Shown here piece by piece: positions 1-11,829 of a stretch of DNA of 64,000 bases (the first letter of the stretch is position 1; each line of letters opens with the position of its first letter). Origin of the DNA: Felis catus (taxonomy: Eukaryota); assembly GCF_018350175.1 (NCBI RefSeq), contig NC_058383.1, positions 10,356,001 to 10,420,000 on the forward strand, given 5' to 3'. The notes beneath the pieces were generated by a model. That model worked only from the letters and a program-made list of their open reading frames with translations, did no database searches and was not told where the DNA came from. Both the position numbers and the translations under genes were made by a program.

Positions 1-1245
1 TATTTCTTTCAGGAACATTTTGTAGTTTTTAGTATTCAAGTATGGTACCTCCTTGGTTAAATTTGTTCCTAAGGGTTTTTCTTTTGGATGTTATTGTAAA
101 TGGAATTGTTCTTTAAATGTCTTTTTTGCACTGTTTGTGGCTAGTGTATAGAAAGACAACTGATTTTTTGTGTATTGATTTTGCATTCTGTAACTTTGGG
201 GGAGTCATTTATTGTTTTTTTTATAGGTATGTGCATAAGAGTGTAAATTCTTTAGAATTTTCTACACATAGGACCATGTATTATGTGACTAGAGATTGTT
301 TTATTCCTTTCCAATTTGGATGCCTTTTATTTCATTTTCCTGCCTAATCATTGTGGCCTGAACTTCTAGTACTATGTCTAATAGAAGTGGCAAAAGTGGG
401 AATCCTTGCCTTTGACCTTAAGGGAAAAGCTTTCAGCCTGTCACCACTGAGTATGATGTTAGCTGTGGGTTTTATGTATGTGTCCTTTATCTTGTTGGGG
501 ACTCCCTCTTCCGTTCCTACTTTATGGAATTTTTTAGTTTTAATCATGGAAGAGTATGGAATTTTGTCAAATGCTCTTTCCACATCCATTGAACTAATAA
601 TCATGTCCTCCTTCATTCTCTTGATGTATTTTGCATGGCTTGTTTTCCACATGTTGCATTCTGGGGAGAAACGACATTGGGTCATAGTGTATAATTCTGT
701 TAATATGCTGCCATATTCACTTTGCTAATAATTAATTGAGGGTTGTTGCATCTATATCCACAAGGGCTGTTAGTCTCTAGTTTTCTTGTAGTGTCTTTCT
801 CTGGCTTTGGTATCAGGGTAATTCTGGCCTTAGCGAGTATTCCCTCCTTTTCCGTTTTTCAGAGGAGTTTGAGAAGGATTGATGTTAATTCTTCCTTGAA
901 TGTTTGGTACAATTCACCAGTGAAGCCACCTGGTCCTGGCCTCTTCTTTGTTGGAGGTTTTTGATGACTGACTCAATCTCCTTACTTATTATAGGTCTAT
1001 CCAGATTTTCGATTTCTTTTTGGGTCAGTTATTACTTTGTGTGTTTCTAAGAATGCATCCATTTCAGCTAGGCTATCTAACTTGTCGACATACAGGTCAT
1101 TATAGTATTTTCCTAAGACCCTTTTTAGTTCCAGGAAGTCAGTAGCAATGTCCCTGCTTTCATTTTTTATTTTGGTAACTTGACTCTTCCCTACTCTTTT
1201 GCTTAGTCAATCTAGCAAAAGATTTGTCAATTTTGTTGTCTTTTC

Positions 1246-1270
1246 TTTTTTTTTTAAATCTATTTATTTT

Positions 1271-1306
<36 letters not shown>

Positions 1307-1472
1307 CTGAGTGGGATTGGGGCAGAGACAGAGGGAGAGAGAGAATCCCAAGCAGGTTCTGCACAGTCAGTGAGGAGCCGAGCGTGGAACTTGAACCCAT
1401 GAACCGCAAGATTATGACCTGAGCCAAAACCAAGAGTCAGATGCTTAACTGACTGAGCCACCCAGGCGCCCC
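1246..1472 (-). mobile_element. Carnivore SINE (CAN-SINE/SINEC)
   Basis: Reverse complement of GGGGCGCCTGGGTGGCTCAG head, (CT)n tract and A-rich tail; near-perfect TSD TGTTGTYTTTTC (1234-1245/1473-1484). Confidence 0.95.
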
Positions 1473-1808
1473 TGTTGTTTTTTCAAAGAACCAACTTTTG
1501 GTTTGGTTGACTTTATTGCTTTTCTATTCTCTTTTTCATTTACCTCCACTTTAATCCCTATTATTTCCTTCCTTCTACTAACTTCGGGTTTAGTTACCTC
1601 TTCTTTGTCTTTTTCCTTAAGGTATAGAGTTAAATTACTCATTTGAGATCTTTCTTTCTTTTTTTGAATGTAGGCACTTTTTTTGAATGAGCACTGCTTT
1701 TGCTACATTCCTTATGTTTTGGTATGCTGTGTTTTCGTTTCATTTGTCTCTAAGTATTTTCTAATTTGCCTTGATTTCTTCTTTGAACCACTTAAGATTG
1801 TGTTGCTC

Positions 1809-2012
1809 GGGGCACCTGGGTGGCTCAGTCGGTTGACTTCGGCTCAGGTCATGATTTCACGGTCCGTGAGTTCCAGCCCCGCATCAGGCTCTGTGCTGAC
1901 AGCTTAGATCCTGGAGCCTGCTTTGGATTCTGTGTCTCCCTCTCTCTCTCTGACCTTCCCCCATTCATGCTCTGTCTCTCTCTGTCTCAAAAATAAATAA
2001 ACATTAAAAAAA
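1809..2012 (+). mobile_element. Feline SINEC
   Basis: GGGGCACCTGGGTGGCTCAG head, AATAAATAAACATTAAAA tail; 14-bp TSD AAGATTGTGTTGCT (1794-1807/2013-2026). Confidence 0.96.
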
Positions 2013-2393
2013 AAGATTGTGTTGCTTAATTTCCATATATTTGCGGATTTCCCAGTTTTCCATCTGTTACTGATTTCCGGCTTCATTCCTTTGTGGTCAA
2101 AGAAGATATGATTTCAGTCTTTTAAGATTATTGAAACTTGTCTTGTGGCCCGATATATGGTTTATCTTGGAGAATGTTCCATGTGCCCTTGAGAAGCATG
2201 AGTATTCCGGTGTTGTTTACTGATGTGCTCTATGTAGGTCTGTTAGGTCTAATTGTTTTACAATGTTGTTCGTGTTCTCTTTCCTTGTTGACCCTCCATC
2301 TAGATGTTCTGTCCATTATTGAAAACGGGGTATTAAAGTCTCAAACTTTATTGTAAGATTGTCTATTTCTCCCTTCAATTCTGTCAATATTTG

Positions 2394-2764
2394 TTTTTTT
2401 TCCCCTTTTTTCTCCTTTTAAAAAAGTTTTTAATTCCAGCTAGTTAACACACAGTGTAATATTAGTTTTAAATGTATAATATAGTGATTCAACACTTCCA
2501 TATATCACCTGTTGCTCATCACAAGTGCACCCCTTAGACCCCATCACCTATTTCCTTCATCCCCCAACCGCCTCCCCTCTGGTAACCATCAGTTTGCTCT
2601 CTATAGTTTAGAGTCTGTTTCTTGGTTTGTCTCCCTTTTTCCCCCTTTCCTCATTTGTTTTGTTTCTTAAATTCCACATATGAGTGAAATCATATGGTAT
2701 TTGCCTTTCTCTGACTGACTTATTTCATCTAGCATAATACTCTCTAGCTCCACTTGTGTCATTG
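2394..2764 (-). mobile_element. 5'-truncated younger (carnivore-type) L1 3' end nested in the old L1
   Basis: L1 3' UTR sequence (..CCCCTCTGGTAACCATCAGTTTG..ATGAGTGAAATCATATGGTATTTG..) with a T-rich tail; perfect 19-bp TSD TCAATTCTGTCAATATTTG (2375-2393/2765-2783). Confidence 0.9.
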
Positions 2765-3279
2765 TCAATTCTGTCAATATTTGATTCATATATTTTGGGA
2801 CTCTTGATAATTGTTGTAGCTTCTTGATGAATTAATTCTTTTACTGATATACCATGTCTTTATTTGTCTGTTATAATAGTTTTGACTTAAAGTTGGTTTT
2901 GTTGCATGTTAGTATAACTATCCCAGCTCTCTTGGTTAGAGTTTGCATGGAAAATCTTTTCCTTCCTTTCACTTTCCACCTATTTGTGTCCTTGTCTCTA
3001 AAGTGAGTCTTTTGCAGGCAGTATATAGTTGAATTATTATTTAAAAATCCCATTTGGCCAATCTCTACCTTTTGATTGGGGAGTTTAGTCCATTTACATT
3101 TAAAGTTATTACTGATAAGGATGACTTACCATCCTTATTATATGGCTTCTTCTGCTATTTTCCTGTTTGTTTGCTGTATGTCTATTGTTCTTCATTTCCT
3201 CCTTATTGCTTTCTTTTGCATTTGATTTTTTTATAGTGAACTGTTTTTATTCCTTTCTCATTTCCTTTTGTATATATCT

Positions 3280-3488
3280 TTTTGTGTGTGTGTGAAGTTT
3301 ATTCATTTATTTTGAGACAGAGAGAGAAAACAGGAATTGGGGAGGAGCAGAAAAGGAGAGAGAGAGAATCCCAAGCAGGCTCCACCCTGTCAGCACTGAA
3401 CCCAATGCAGGGCTCAAACCCACGAACCATAAGATCATGACCTGAACTGAAGTCAGATGCTTAACTGACTGAGCCACCCAGCTGCCCC
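3280..3488 (-). mobile_element. Carnivore SINEC
   Basis: SINEC head (GAGCCACCCAGCTGCCCC on +), GA-rich tract and T-rich tail. Confidence 0.92.
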
Positions 3489-3699
3489 ATTGTGTGTATC
3501 TCTTATATTTTTTCCTAGTGATTACCATGGAGGTTACAATTAATATCCTGAATTTATAATAATTTCACTTGAGTTGAAATCAACTTAGCTTCAACAACAC
3601 ACACAAACTCTTTTATACAGTTCTGTCCCTCCACCTTTATATCATTGTCAACTACATCTCTATGCATTGTGTACCCATTAACATAGATTTATAATTTTT

Positions 3700-3895
3700 T
3701 AATGTTTATTTATTTTTGAGAGAGAGAGAGCAAACAGGGGAGGGGAAGAGAGAGAGGGAGACACAGAATCTGAAGCAGTCTCCAGGCTCTGAGCTTTCAG
3801 CACAGAGCCTGATGTGGGGCTCAAACCCACAAACTGTGAGATCATGACCTGAGCTGAAGTCAGATGCTTAACCAACTAAGCCACCCAGGCACTCC
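3700..3895 (-). mobile_element. Feline SINEC
   Basis: SINEC body; 16-bp TSD TAGATTTATAATTTTT (3684-3699/3896-3911). Confidence 0.95.
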
Positions 3896-3990
3896 TAGAT
3901 TTATAATTTTTAAAATGATTTTGCCTTTAAAATCTTATGGGAAATAAAAAGAGGAGTTATAATCCAAAATTGTAATACTATTGACTTTTT

Positions 3991-4249
3991 TTTTTTTTTC
4001 GAGAGAGAGAGAGAAGAGGGGAGGGACAGAGGGAGAAGGATTGAATCTTTTTTGTAATGTTTATTTTTTTGAGAGAGAGACAGAATACAAATAGGGAAGG
4101 GCAGAGAGAGGGAGACATCGAATCTGAAGCAGGTTCCAGGCTCTGAGGTGTCAGCACAGAGCCCGATGTGGGGCTTGAACTCATGAACCATGAGATCATG
4201 ACCTGGGCCGAAGTTGGATGCTTAACTGACTGAGCCACCCAGGCACCCC
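3991..4249 (-). mobile_element. Feline SINEC with an extra SINE-like 3' segment (composite)
   Basis: Full SINE at 4048-4249 plus a second CT-rich/A-tail segment at 3991-4047, all inside one TSD TAATACTAYTGACTTTTT (3973-3990/4251-4268). Confidence 0.9.
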
Positions 4250-4613
4250 ATAATACTACTGACTTTTATATTTACCTATGTAGTTATATATACTAGAGTT
4301 TTTTATTTCTTTATATGATTTCAAATTACTATCTAATGTCATTTCAACCTGAAGGACTCCCTTTAACCCTTTTCATAGGGCAGGTTTACTAGCAATGAAC
4401 TTCTTCAGGTTTTGTTTATCTGAAAATGTCTTAATTTTGCCTCATTTTTTTTGAAGGATAGTTTTGCTGGGTATAAACTTTCTTTCAGCACTTTAAATAT
4501 AATCGTCTCTCTCCTTTCTGGCCTCCACAGTATGTGATGAGAAATCAACTTTTACTCTTGTTGTGGATTCTTTCTCTCTCTTGCCACTTTCAAGAATTTA
4601 AAAATTCTTTGTC

Positions 4614-4836
4614 GGGGCGCCTGGGTGGCACAGTAGGTTAAGCGTCCGACTTCAGCCAGGTCACGATCTCGTGGTCCGGGAGTTCGAGCCCCGCGTCAGG
4701 CTCTGGGCTGATGGCTCGGAGCCTGGAGCCTGTTTCCGATTCTGTGTCTCCCTCTCTCTCTGCCCCTCCCCCATTCATGCTCTGTCTCTCTCTGTCCCAA
4801 AAATAAATAAACGTTGAAAAAAGAAAAATTAAAAAA
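4614..4836 (+). mobile_element. Young feline SINEC (SINEC_Fc type)
   Basis: Diagnostic TTCAGCCAGGTCACG, GGGCTGATGGCTC, GTTTCCGATTC, GTCCCAAAAATAAATAAACGTTG; CpGs retained; 14-bp TSD AAAAATTCTTTGTC (4600-4613/4837-4850). Confidence 0.97.
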
Positions 4837-5261
4837 AAAAATTCTTTGTCTTTTGACAGTTATGATTTGTCTCAGTGTGGATTTCTTTTAGTTTCTCTTA
4901 CTAGATGTTCTTTGAGCTTCTTGGATTTATTGATTCATGTATTTCATCAAATTTGGGAAGTTTTTGACCATTATTTCCCAAATATTTCTTTCTGCTTCCC
5001 TTTCTCTCTCTTATCCTTCTGGAACTCCCATAATGCATATGTTGATCTGTTTGATGGTGTCCCACAGGTTTCTTAGGCCCTGTTTACTTTTCTTCATTCT
5101 ATTTTCTTTCTGTTCCTTAGACTAGATCATTTCAATGGTCCTATATTCAAATTTATTATTTTTTTCTTCTGCTTGTTCAAATCTGCTGTTGGATCCCTCT
5201 AGTGGATTTTTCACTTTGGTCATTATATTTTTCAGTTCTAGAATTTCTTTCTGGTTCTTTT

Positions 5262-5568
5262 TATTTTTATTTTTAAATTCTTCCTCACTTATGTCTTCAT
5301 ACCTTCAAGGATCATGTATCATTTGCTCATATTTCCTTTTCTTTCTTTTTATTCAAAAAATTTTAATGTTTATTTATTTTTGAGAGAGAGAAAGACAGAG
5401 CATGAGTAGGGGAGGACAGAAAAGGAGGGGGGAACACAGAAGCTAAAGCAGGCTCCAAGCTCCAAGCTGTCAGCATAGAGCCTGATGCAGGGTTTGAACT
5501 CATGGACTGTGAGATCATGACCTAAGCCAAAGTCAGATGCTTAACCGACTGAGCCACCCAGGTGCCCC
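5262..5568 (-). mobile_element. Feline SINEC plus ~60 bp of extra non-SINE sequence inside the TSD
   Basis: SINE at 5337-5568; 16-bp TSD TCTTTCTGGTTCTTTT (5246-5261/5569-5584) also encloses 5262-5336. Confidence 0.9.
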
Positions 5569-6902
5569 TCTTTCTGGTTCTTTTAAAAAATAATTTCTAT
5601 ATCTTTTTTGATACAGATAATTTCTATATCTTTTTTGCTCTTATCTTGTTAATCTATTGCTTTCTTAATTTCCTTGAATCTTTGTTCATAGTTTTTCTTA
5701 GCTCTTTGAGCATATTTAAACCAGTAGATTTAAAGTATTTATCTAGTAAGTCTAATGTCTGAGCTTCCTCAGGGGTGGTTTTGATTTTTTTTTCCTTTGA
5801 ATGGGCTATACTTTCCCGATTCTTTGTATGCCTTATAATTTTTGTTGAAAACTAGGCATTTTGAATGTTATAATGTAGTACCTTTAGAAATCAGACACTC
5901 TCTTTCCTCCATGGTTTGCTTTTGTTGGCTTTTGATGGCTTCAGTTGTCCATTTGTTTAGTTTTGGCTTTTCCAAATTAGTTTTGCAAAGATTGTATTCT
6001 TGCGTGCAGTCTCCAAAGTATGTTTTGCTATCTCAGTGGTCAGCCAGTGACCACACAGAGATTTCCTTTATGCCTGGATCCAAAAAGAAAAAAAAAAGTA
6101 GTATTCCCTTAGTCTTTGTAGCTTGGCTGTGAGCAGTGACACTCCTTCTGTGCTAAGCCACAATTCTGCCTTAGCTTTCACCTTCTCCTTGTGTGGAGCC
6201 CACAGAGTCACCAGAGGTGACTCAGGTCTTTTCTGAATATGCATTCCATTCTGGGCATACACACTGCACTCTGTTTACCCTAATATGTTCAGTGACCTTT
6301 CTGAGTCCTTATTCCCCTACAGCCTTCCTTCTTTGTCTCCTTCTTTTCAGGATTTTGGGTTCTGCCAGCCACTTATCCCATCTGTTATCCTTTGCCCCAG
6401 GAAGATATGGGGTTATATGACTTTAAATCTTTCCACAGATGGTGCTGCTACCTGGAAAGCTGTTCCAGCCTGGCAGGGGGTGGGGTGGGGCATGAAACAA
6501 AAGTCAACCTCTGAGGCATCCCTCAGGGAACCACCAGACAGGTCAAACACACAACTGCAGTATTTTAAGACCAAAGTCTGTGTTAGTTCCCTGACACCAG
6601 CAAGGCTGTGATCCTTACAGCCACCATGTTGGGAAATGAGAAATGACACTCACATGAACGAAAATGCCACAATGTTCTCTTATTAAAATTCAATTTTCCT
6701 TTTTTTCTTCAATAAGCATCTTCCTGGTTTCCGTAAATTTTGGATTAGATTCCAGAGCCCCCCCACCCCCCGCAAAGGCTGACTAAGTCCATCTTTGCCA
6801 GCTTATGGTTGTTTCAGTGGAGTGACTGATTCTTTCAATGTTGTACTCCACCGTTTTCCATGATGTCACCAGGTTTCTCTCCTTTCTTCACTTTGCATTC
6901 TT

Positions 6903-7117
6903 TTTTTTTTTGAACACATTTATTTATTTTTGAGACAGAGAGAGACAGAGCATGAACGGGGGAGGGGCAGAGAGAGAGGGAGACACAGAATCGGAAGCAG
7001 GCTCCAGGCTCTGAGCAGTCAGCACAGAGCCTGATGCGGGGCTCGAACTCACAGACCGTGAGATCTTGACCTGAGCCGAAGTCGGATGCTTAACCGACTG
7101 AGCCACCCAGGCGCCCC
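6903..7117 (-). mobile_element. Feline SINEC
   Basis: SINEC body; 16-bp TSD TTCACTTTGCATTCTT (6887-6902/7118-7133). Confidence 0.97.
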
Positions 7118-7133
7118 TTCACTTTGCATTCTT

Positions 7134-7900
7134 ATTGAGGTAAACAACAAAACGTACAAATCTTGTGCATACGGTTTGATGAATTTTACATATGCCTGCA
7201 CTCATGCAGCCACCACTCAGATCAAGACACAAAATATTTTCAGTTCCTCAGAAGTTTTCTTTTTTAAAAAAATTTTTTTTCCACGTTTATTTATTTTTGG
7301 GACAGAGAGAGACAGAGCATGAACAGGGGAGGGGCAGAGAGAGAGGGAGACACAGAATCGGAAACAGGCTCCAGGCTCTGAGCCATCAGCCCAGAGCCTG
7401 ACGCGGGGCTCAAACTCACGGACTGCGAGATCATGACCTGGCTGAAGTCGGACGCTTAACCGACTGCGCCACCCAGGCACCCCTCAGAAGTTTTTTTCAT
7501 TCCCCTTTCAAGAGAGTTAACCTGCTCTCTCAGTAAACATAATTATGACTTCTATCGCTCTAAATTCATTTTACCTGTCATAGAAAACTTTATACATGGG
7601 ATCAAGTCATGGGTACTCTGAGTGTGGCTACTTTTGCCTAGTCTAATGTTTTTAGGATTCATCCATGTTATTGCATGTAGCTGAAGTTGACTCTTTTTTA
7701 TTAATGAAACAATTCCACTGTATGACTATATCATGATTTATTTATTCATTCATCAATTGATAGGCATTTAGGTGGTTGCCACTGTGGGCTATTATGAATA
7801 GAGCTCTATGAGCATTCTTGCATGTGTCTTTTGTTGGATATGATGTATGGATTTTTCTCTCTTTGGCATATGTTTGGGAGAAGATTCCCTAGGTCATTTG
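7134..7900 (-). mobile_element. Old L1 (L1M-type) 3' UTR fragment
   Basis: Typical antisense L1 3' end text (..GATTCATCCATGTTATTGCATG..ATTCATCAATTGATAGGCATTTAGGT..GCTATTATGAATAGAGCT..). Confidence 0.8.
7259..7483 (-). mobile_element. Young feline SINEC (SINEC_Fc type)
   Basis: Same diagnostic positions as 4614-4836; TSD TCAGAAGTTTT (7248-7258/7484-7494). Confidence 0.96.
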
Positions 7901-9299
7901 ACTCTTGAGGGATGCCCTGTTCCCCATACCCAGTGGCCTTTTCTCTGTATTCATCCAGCTTGATCTCTGGTTTGGCCTTCTGCTTCTTGAACCCCACAAC
8001 TCCCAAGAATTCTATGACTTTGCCCCGCTAGCTTCTCTCCACCCTATTGAGTTAATTTGTGGGTCCTTTGACTCTTTCTGAGCCCCAGCTGGGGCTCTCC
8101 AGCACCTAGACCCTTTTGAGCCCCTTTCTCCATCAGATTTAGCTGTCTGTCTTGACCATCTCATCTCTTTCCAAAGCCTCATGATCCATAGGCAATCCAG
8201 TGACTATGGAACCTGAGGCTTGACCTGCAGCCTTACCTTCCCTTCTAGGAGTGAGCTATTGGCCAACGGCTTGGTGGACGTCTCTGCTTCGGTGGCCCCA
8301 GACCCCTCACAATCCACACTTTCCCCACTGCCCTTTCCATTGTCCCTCAGCTTGTCCTCTCCCCTCCACGGTGCCCACTTGAAGATTGCTCCAGTTTTCC
8401 TATAGCCACACAGGTCTGGGTCCCCAATTCCTGCACTCTGTCCATTGCCTTTCCCCCAGACACCAATCTGGAGAACCCAAGTACATTGGTATCTCTCCAA
8501 TGTCTTGGGGAATCTCCCTTCCTTTCTAGCCATGGCTGCTGCCCCAGTTCAAGCCTTAGCATCCCTTTTCAACACTCCTTTATAAGCTTCCAACTTCTAG
8601 CCTTGCCTTTGCTAATTGACTTGGCCTGCAGCTCCAGACGTGGCCCCCAAAGCTGGCTCTGGTCATGTCTGCCTCAGCGGTGAGGCCAGGCTCAAGGTCC
8701 TGGTTTTAGGCCTGGGCTGCAGCTGAGCCAGCTTTGGGCGCCATTCCTTAGCGCCGATCGTGCATGGCGGACACGCTCTGTGGCCAGGGCTCACAGACAG
8801 GTTTTTCAAGTTAGGGATTTGGAAGGGGCTCTAGCGCTGGTTGCAGTTCACAGCTCATGAGGTGCAGGAGAGCCCCTGTGTGAGATCATCTTTTCTGGGG
8901 CGGCCGGACTCAGGACTGAGCCGGCTGGGGAGGCAGTTTGGAAAATTTCACACTTGGCCTTGCCATTTGGCTGGCCTCCAGGTGTTTGGCAGCTCAGGTG
9001 CCTCATGGTGAGGCCTCAGTCAACCCATCCTTCCAGCAAATACTGCCGGACCTGGGGCCCCCTCAAGATGGGTCACGAACACGGAGCTCAACGGGGAACT
9101 CTGAGAGGCAGACCCTAATAGGAGGGGCTTGTGCTCTTGTTGGGGAAAGGAGATTCATAAGGAAGCAATGAGAGAACAAGGGTGGTGGGACGTTTGGGGG
9201 AGGGAGATGGTGTTCAAGATTGGAAAGCTAACTTATTTGAACTATAACATGTCCACTACCCTTTGGAAGGACACAGTAATATCTCTGAGAGAGATGGCA

Positions 9300-9567
9300 T
9301 CTCATCGTGGCTAAAAACATGGGCCCTGGAACCAGATTGCCTGAGGCCAACATCTAGCTCTACGGCTTGCTAGCTGTGTGACCTTAGGTAAGTTGCTTAA
9401 ACTCCCTGAGCCTCTATCTCTTCATGTATAAAGTTGAAATACCAATAACACCCATCTACCTACCTCATCAGATATTTGTGATCATTAAATATGTTAACAG
9501 AAGTGAAGCATTCAGGGCACTGCCCGACACCTAGTTGATGCTCAACAAACATCAGCGTTGTTATTAC
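9300..9567 (+). mobile_element. MIR SINE, near full length
   Basis: Core CTAGCTGTGTGACCTTAGGTAAGTTGCTTAAACTCCCTGAGCCTC..CTCATCAG..; 3' end GATGCTCAACAAACATCAGCGTTGTTATTA. Confidence 0.88.
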
Positions 9568-9649
9568 TGTCCTTCCCCCCCGCCTACCTCTCCACCATTC
9601 CTTCCCTCCATGCATTGACTACTCCAGCCCCACAGTGGTACTTTTGGCT

Positions 9650-9930
9650 CTCTCTGTCTACACTCTTGCACCTCCTTCAGACCCAGCTCAAAAACCACTT
9701 CTGGGAAGACTTCCCCGACCCTCAGGTCCTTTCTTTCTGTTGTGTCAACACTTGCTCTTTTTAATTTTAAACATGTGTTTACCTGTTCTGGCCTTTTCAC
9801 CAGCTGGTGAGCAACTTGAGAGCAAGTCTGTGTCTAAACCATTTCCTTGTTCCTAGCACCCCACGCCTCTGGAGCTAGCCCTGATAGCCACCTAATAACC
9901 TTTTGTTGGATAAGTAATTGAAGGAATTGA
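9650..9930 (+). mobile_element. L2 LINE 3' fragment
   Basis: CCTTCAGACCCAGCTCAAA..CTGGGAAGACTTCCCCGACC..GTGAGCAACTTGAGAGCAAG..TTGTTGGATAAGTAATTGAA resembles the L2 3' end. Confidence 0.7.
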
Positions 9931-10829
9931 TGACACATGATAAGAAAACCCGGTAGAACGCTGACAGAGAATCCTAAAATGTGGCAGGTGCCGTGTCGTT
10001 TTTTGACCAGGCATAAACTGGCAATGGTGTTGCCTGGAGTCAAGGCTGTGCAGAGGCCATGTTGTGTGCTCCTTTATGTGGCAGTGGTCAGGGCAGACTT
10101 CCTGGAGAAGGAGGAGTGGGAGTGACGACCCCAAGCTGGCTCCAACTGGCTCCAAAGATGTCAGGCTCTGTGGGATTGGCAGCTGGTGCCCCTATGATTT
10201 GCCCTGGGCCACTCTGCTGCCACTTTGGGACCAGGGGAGCGTTGAAGAGCATAGTTCCCCATCTCTGGTCCGAGGAAAGGGCTCAAATGTGAGATGATGG
10301 TGGTGAAGACCAGCCCCCATCCCCCAACACACACGGAACCTCTTAGAATGGATTTCACGCTCCCTGTTCTAATGCGGACCGTCTCCGCTTTGCTTTGGAA
10401 AAACAGAGGCCTCGCTCCAGCCTCCTGAAACCAATTGGAAACAAATCTAACATCCCTATTCCTCCCCCAACATCCATGGAGGCCAAAAAAAGGCAGAGCA
10501 AGGGAGAACAGAATTGCCAAGGGACTCGGGACCCCACTCCCTGCAGTGAGCAGGGTGGCCACTTCCCTTGGATGGGTGGGAGCCAGCTCTGATGATCTCT
10601 CCAAAGCCACACTCCCCAGCTGTCTGTCCATCCTGCTTGTTCACCAGGGAAGTTATGGACGGGGCCCAAGAAAGCCATTGCTGGACATAGAGCTAAAGCC
10701 ACACTCCTCCTCTGCAGTACTGATGTCGGCCTCATCTATAAAGTCCGTGCTCCACAGCCTTCTGTCCTGGCCCTGGTCCCCACTGCTCCTACTTATGCGC
10801 TGTCCTCTCCCCAGTGGCCTGACTGTCAC

Positions 10830-10975
10830 CCAGCTGGGGCTGAGAAGCCTGGCTTTGCCCCTCCACTGCCTGGATGACCTTGGCAAGTCTTTGCATCTCT
10901 GAGCCACTGTTTCTTGGTGGGTAAGATGGAGAGAGAGAGAGAGAGAGAGAGAGATCACCTGTGTGAGGTGGGAGG
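10830..10975 (+). mobile_element. MIR fragment containing a (GA)n microsatellite
   Basis: GGATGACCTTGGCAAGTCTTTGCATCTCTGAGCCACTGTTTC core; (GA)13 at 10929-10954. Confidence 0.7.
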
Positions 10976-11229
10976 CAGCCCCATGAAGGGGTATAGAAAG
11001 GGATTCATGTAAGTTATTACCATCACGCTTGTCCATCTCTGGTTCTGAGCCTCACCTCTGTTCATCCAGTTCCTTGCCATTCATGGTCCAACTCTGGGAC
11101 GTTCGCCCCAGGAAACTTCCCTGGACCACTGTACCCCTCAAGGATGCCTTGTTGGTATTGCACTCAGTACCATTCAGAACTTACCACGCATACCTGCTTA
11201 TTTACATGTCTGGTTTGTTTTTTTTCTGA

Positions 11230-11450
11230 AAAACATGACATTGGAGGTCAAAGGTCTGGGTTTGAGTCTCTGCTCCATCCCTGCTGGTTAGCTGAGTCAG
11301 GAAGGTGGCCCGTAGTCTCTCTCCAAGCCCCAAGTTCCTCATTTATAAGCAGATGTGGTTACGATCGTGCCCACTTCCCAGACTTCTTATGGGGCGCCAA
11401 TGGGACACATGCATGTGAAAGCATTCTGTAAACTATAAAAAGTACTTGGT
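11230..11450 (+). mobile_element. MIR fragment
   Basis: GGTCTGGGTTTGAGTCTCTGCTCC..CAAGTTCCTCATTTATAA..ATGCATGTGAAAGCATTCTGTAAACTATAAA. Confidence 0.7.
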
Positions 11451-11829
11451 CATGTTGCTTCTTTCTGTTTCTAGTTTGATGTAGGTTCCCCATGGGAAAG
11501 ACCTGCTTCTGCTGAGCCAGGAGCGTTAGGCTGGGAGGGTATGGTCCCATGCGGGTGCCCAGTGAGTGGCCCTACTGGACCCCATATAAGGGAAGCCCTG
11601 GTGCCCTGGTGGGAGCGGGCCAAGAGTGGTGGCCTGATGTGACCCAGATGGCCCACAGGAGCGCTGGCAGGAGGAGGCAGCAGTGGCGACCCTGGGGAGG
11701 GATTTCCGGCCTTGGTCCCAGTCTAAAGACATCCAGATGGTCTCTTGAAAGATGTTACCCAGGAAGCCAGTTGCCAGACATGAAGACTCAGAAAGGAGGT
11801 CCAAAGACACAACCAGAGGACACAAGAGG

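Larger units (their letters stand above)
1..6870 (-). mobile_element. Old eutherian LINE-1 (L1MC/L1MD-like), degenerate; ORF2 RT/EN, ORF1 and 5' UTR present; 3' part continues off the window
   Basis: ORF 344..685 gives MIISSMDVERAFDKI...[20 protein letters not shown] (L1 ORF2 RT motif [14 protein letters not shown]...[20 protein letters not shown]). ORF 2871..3053 gives IYCLQKTHFRDKDTNRWKVKG...KRAGIVIL (L1 endonuclease N-terminus). The 5' end near 6870 reads GTGACATCATGGAAAACGGTGGAG on the minus strand. Interrupted by SINEs and a younger L1 piece. Confidence 0.9.
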
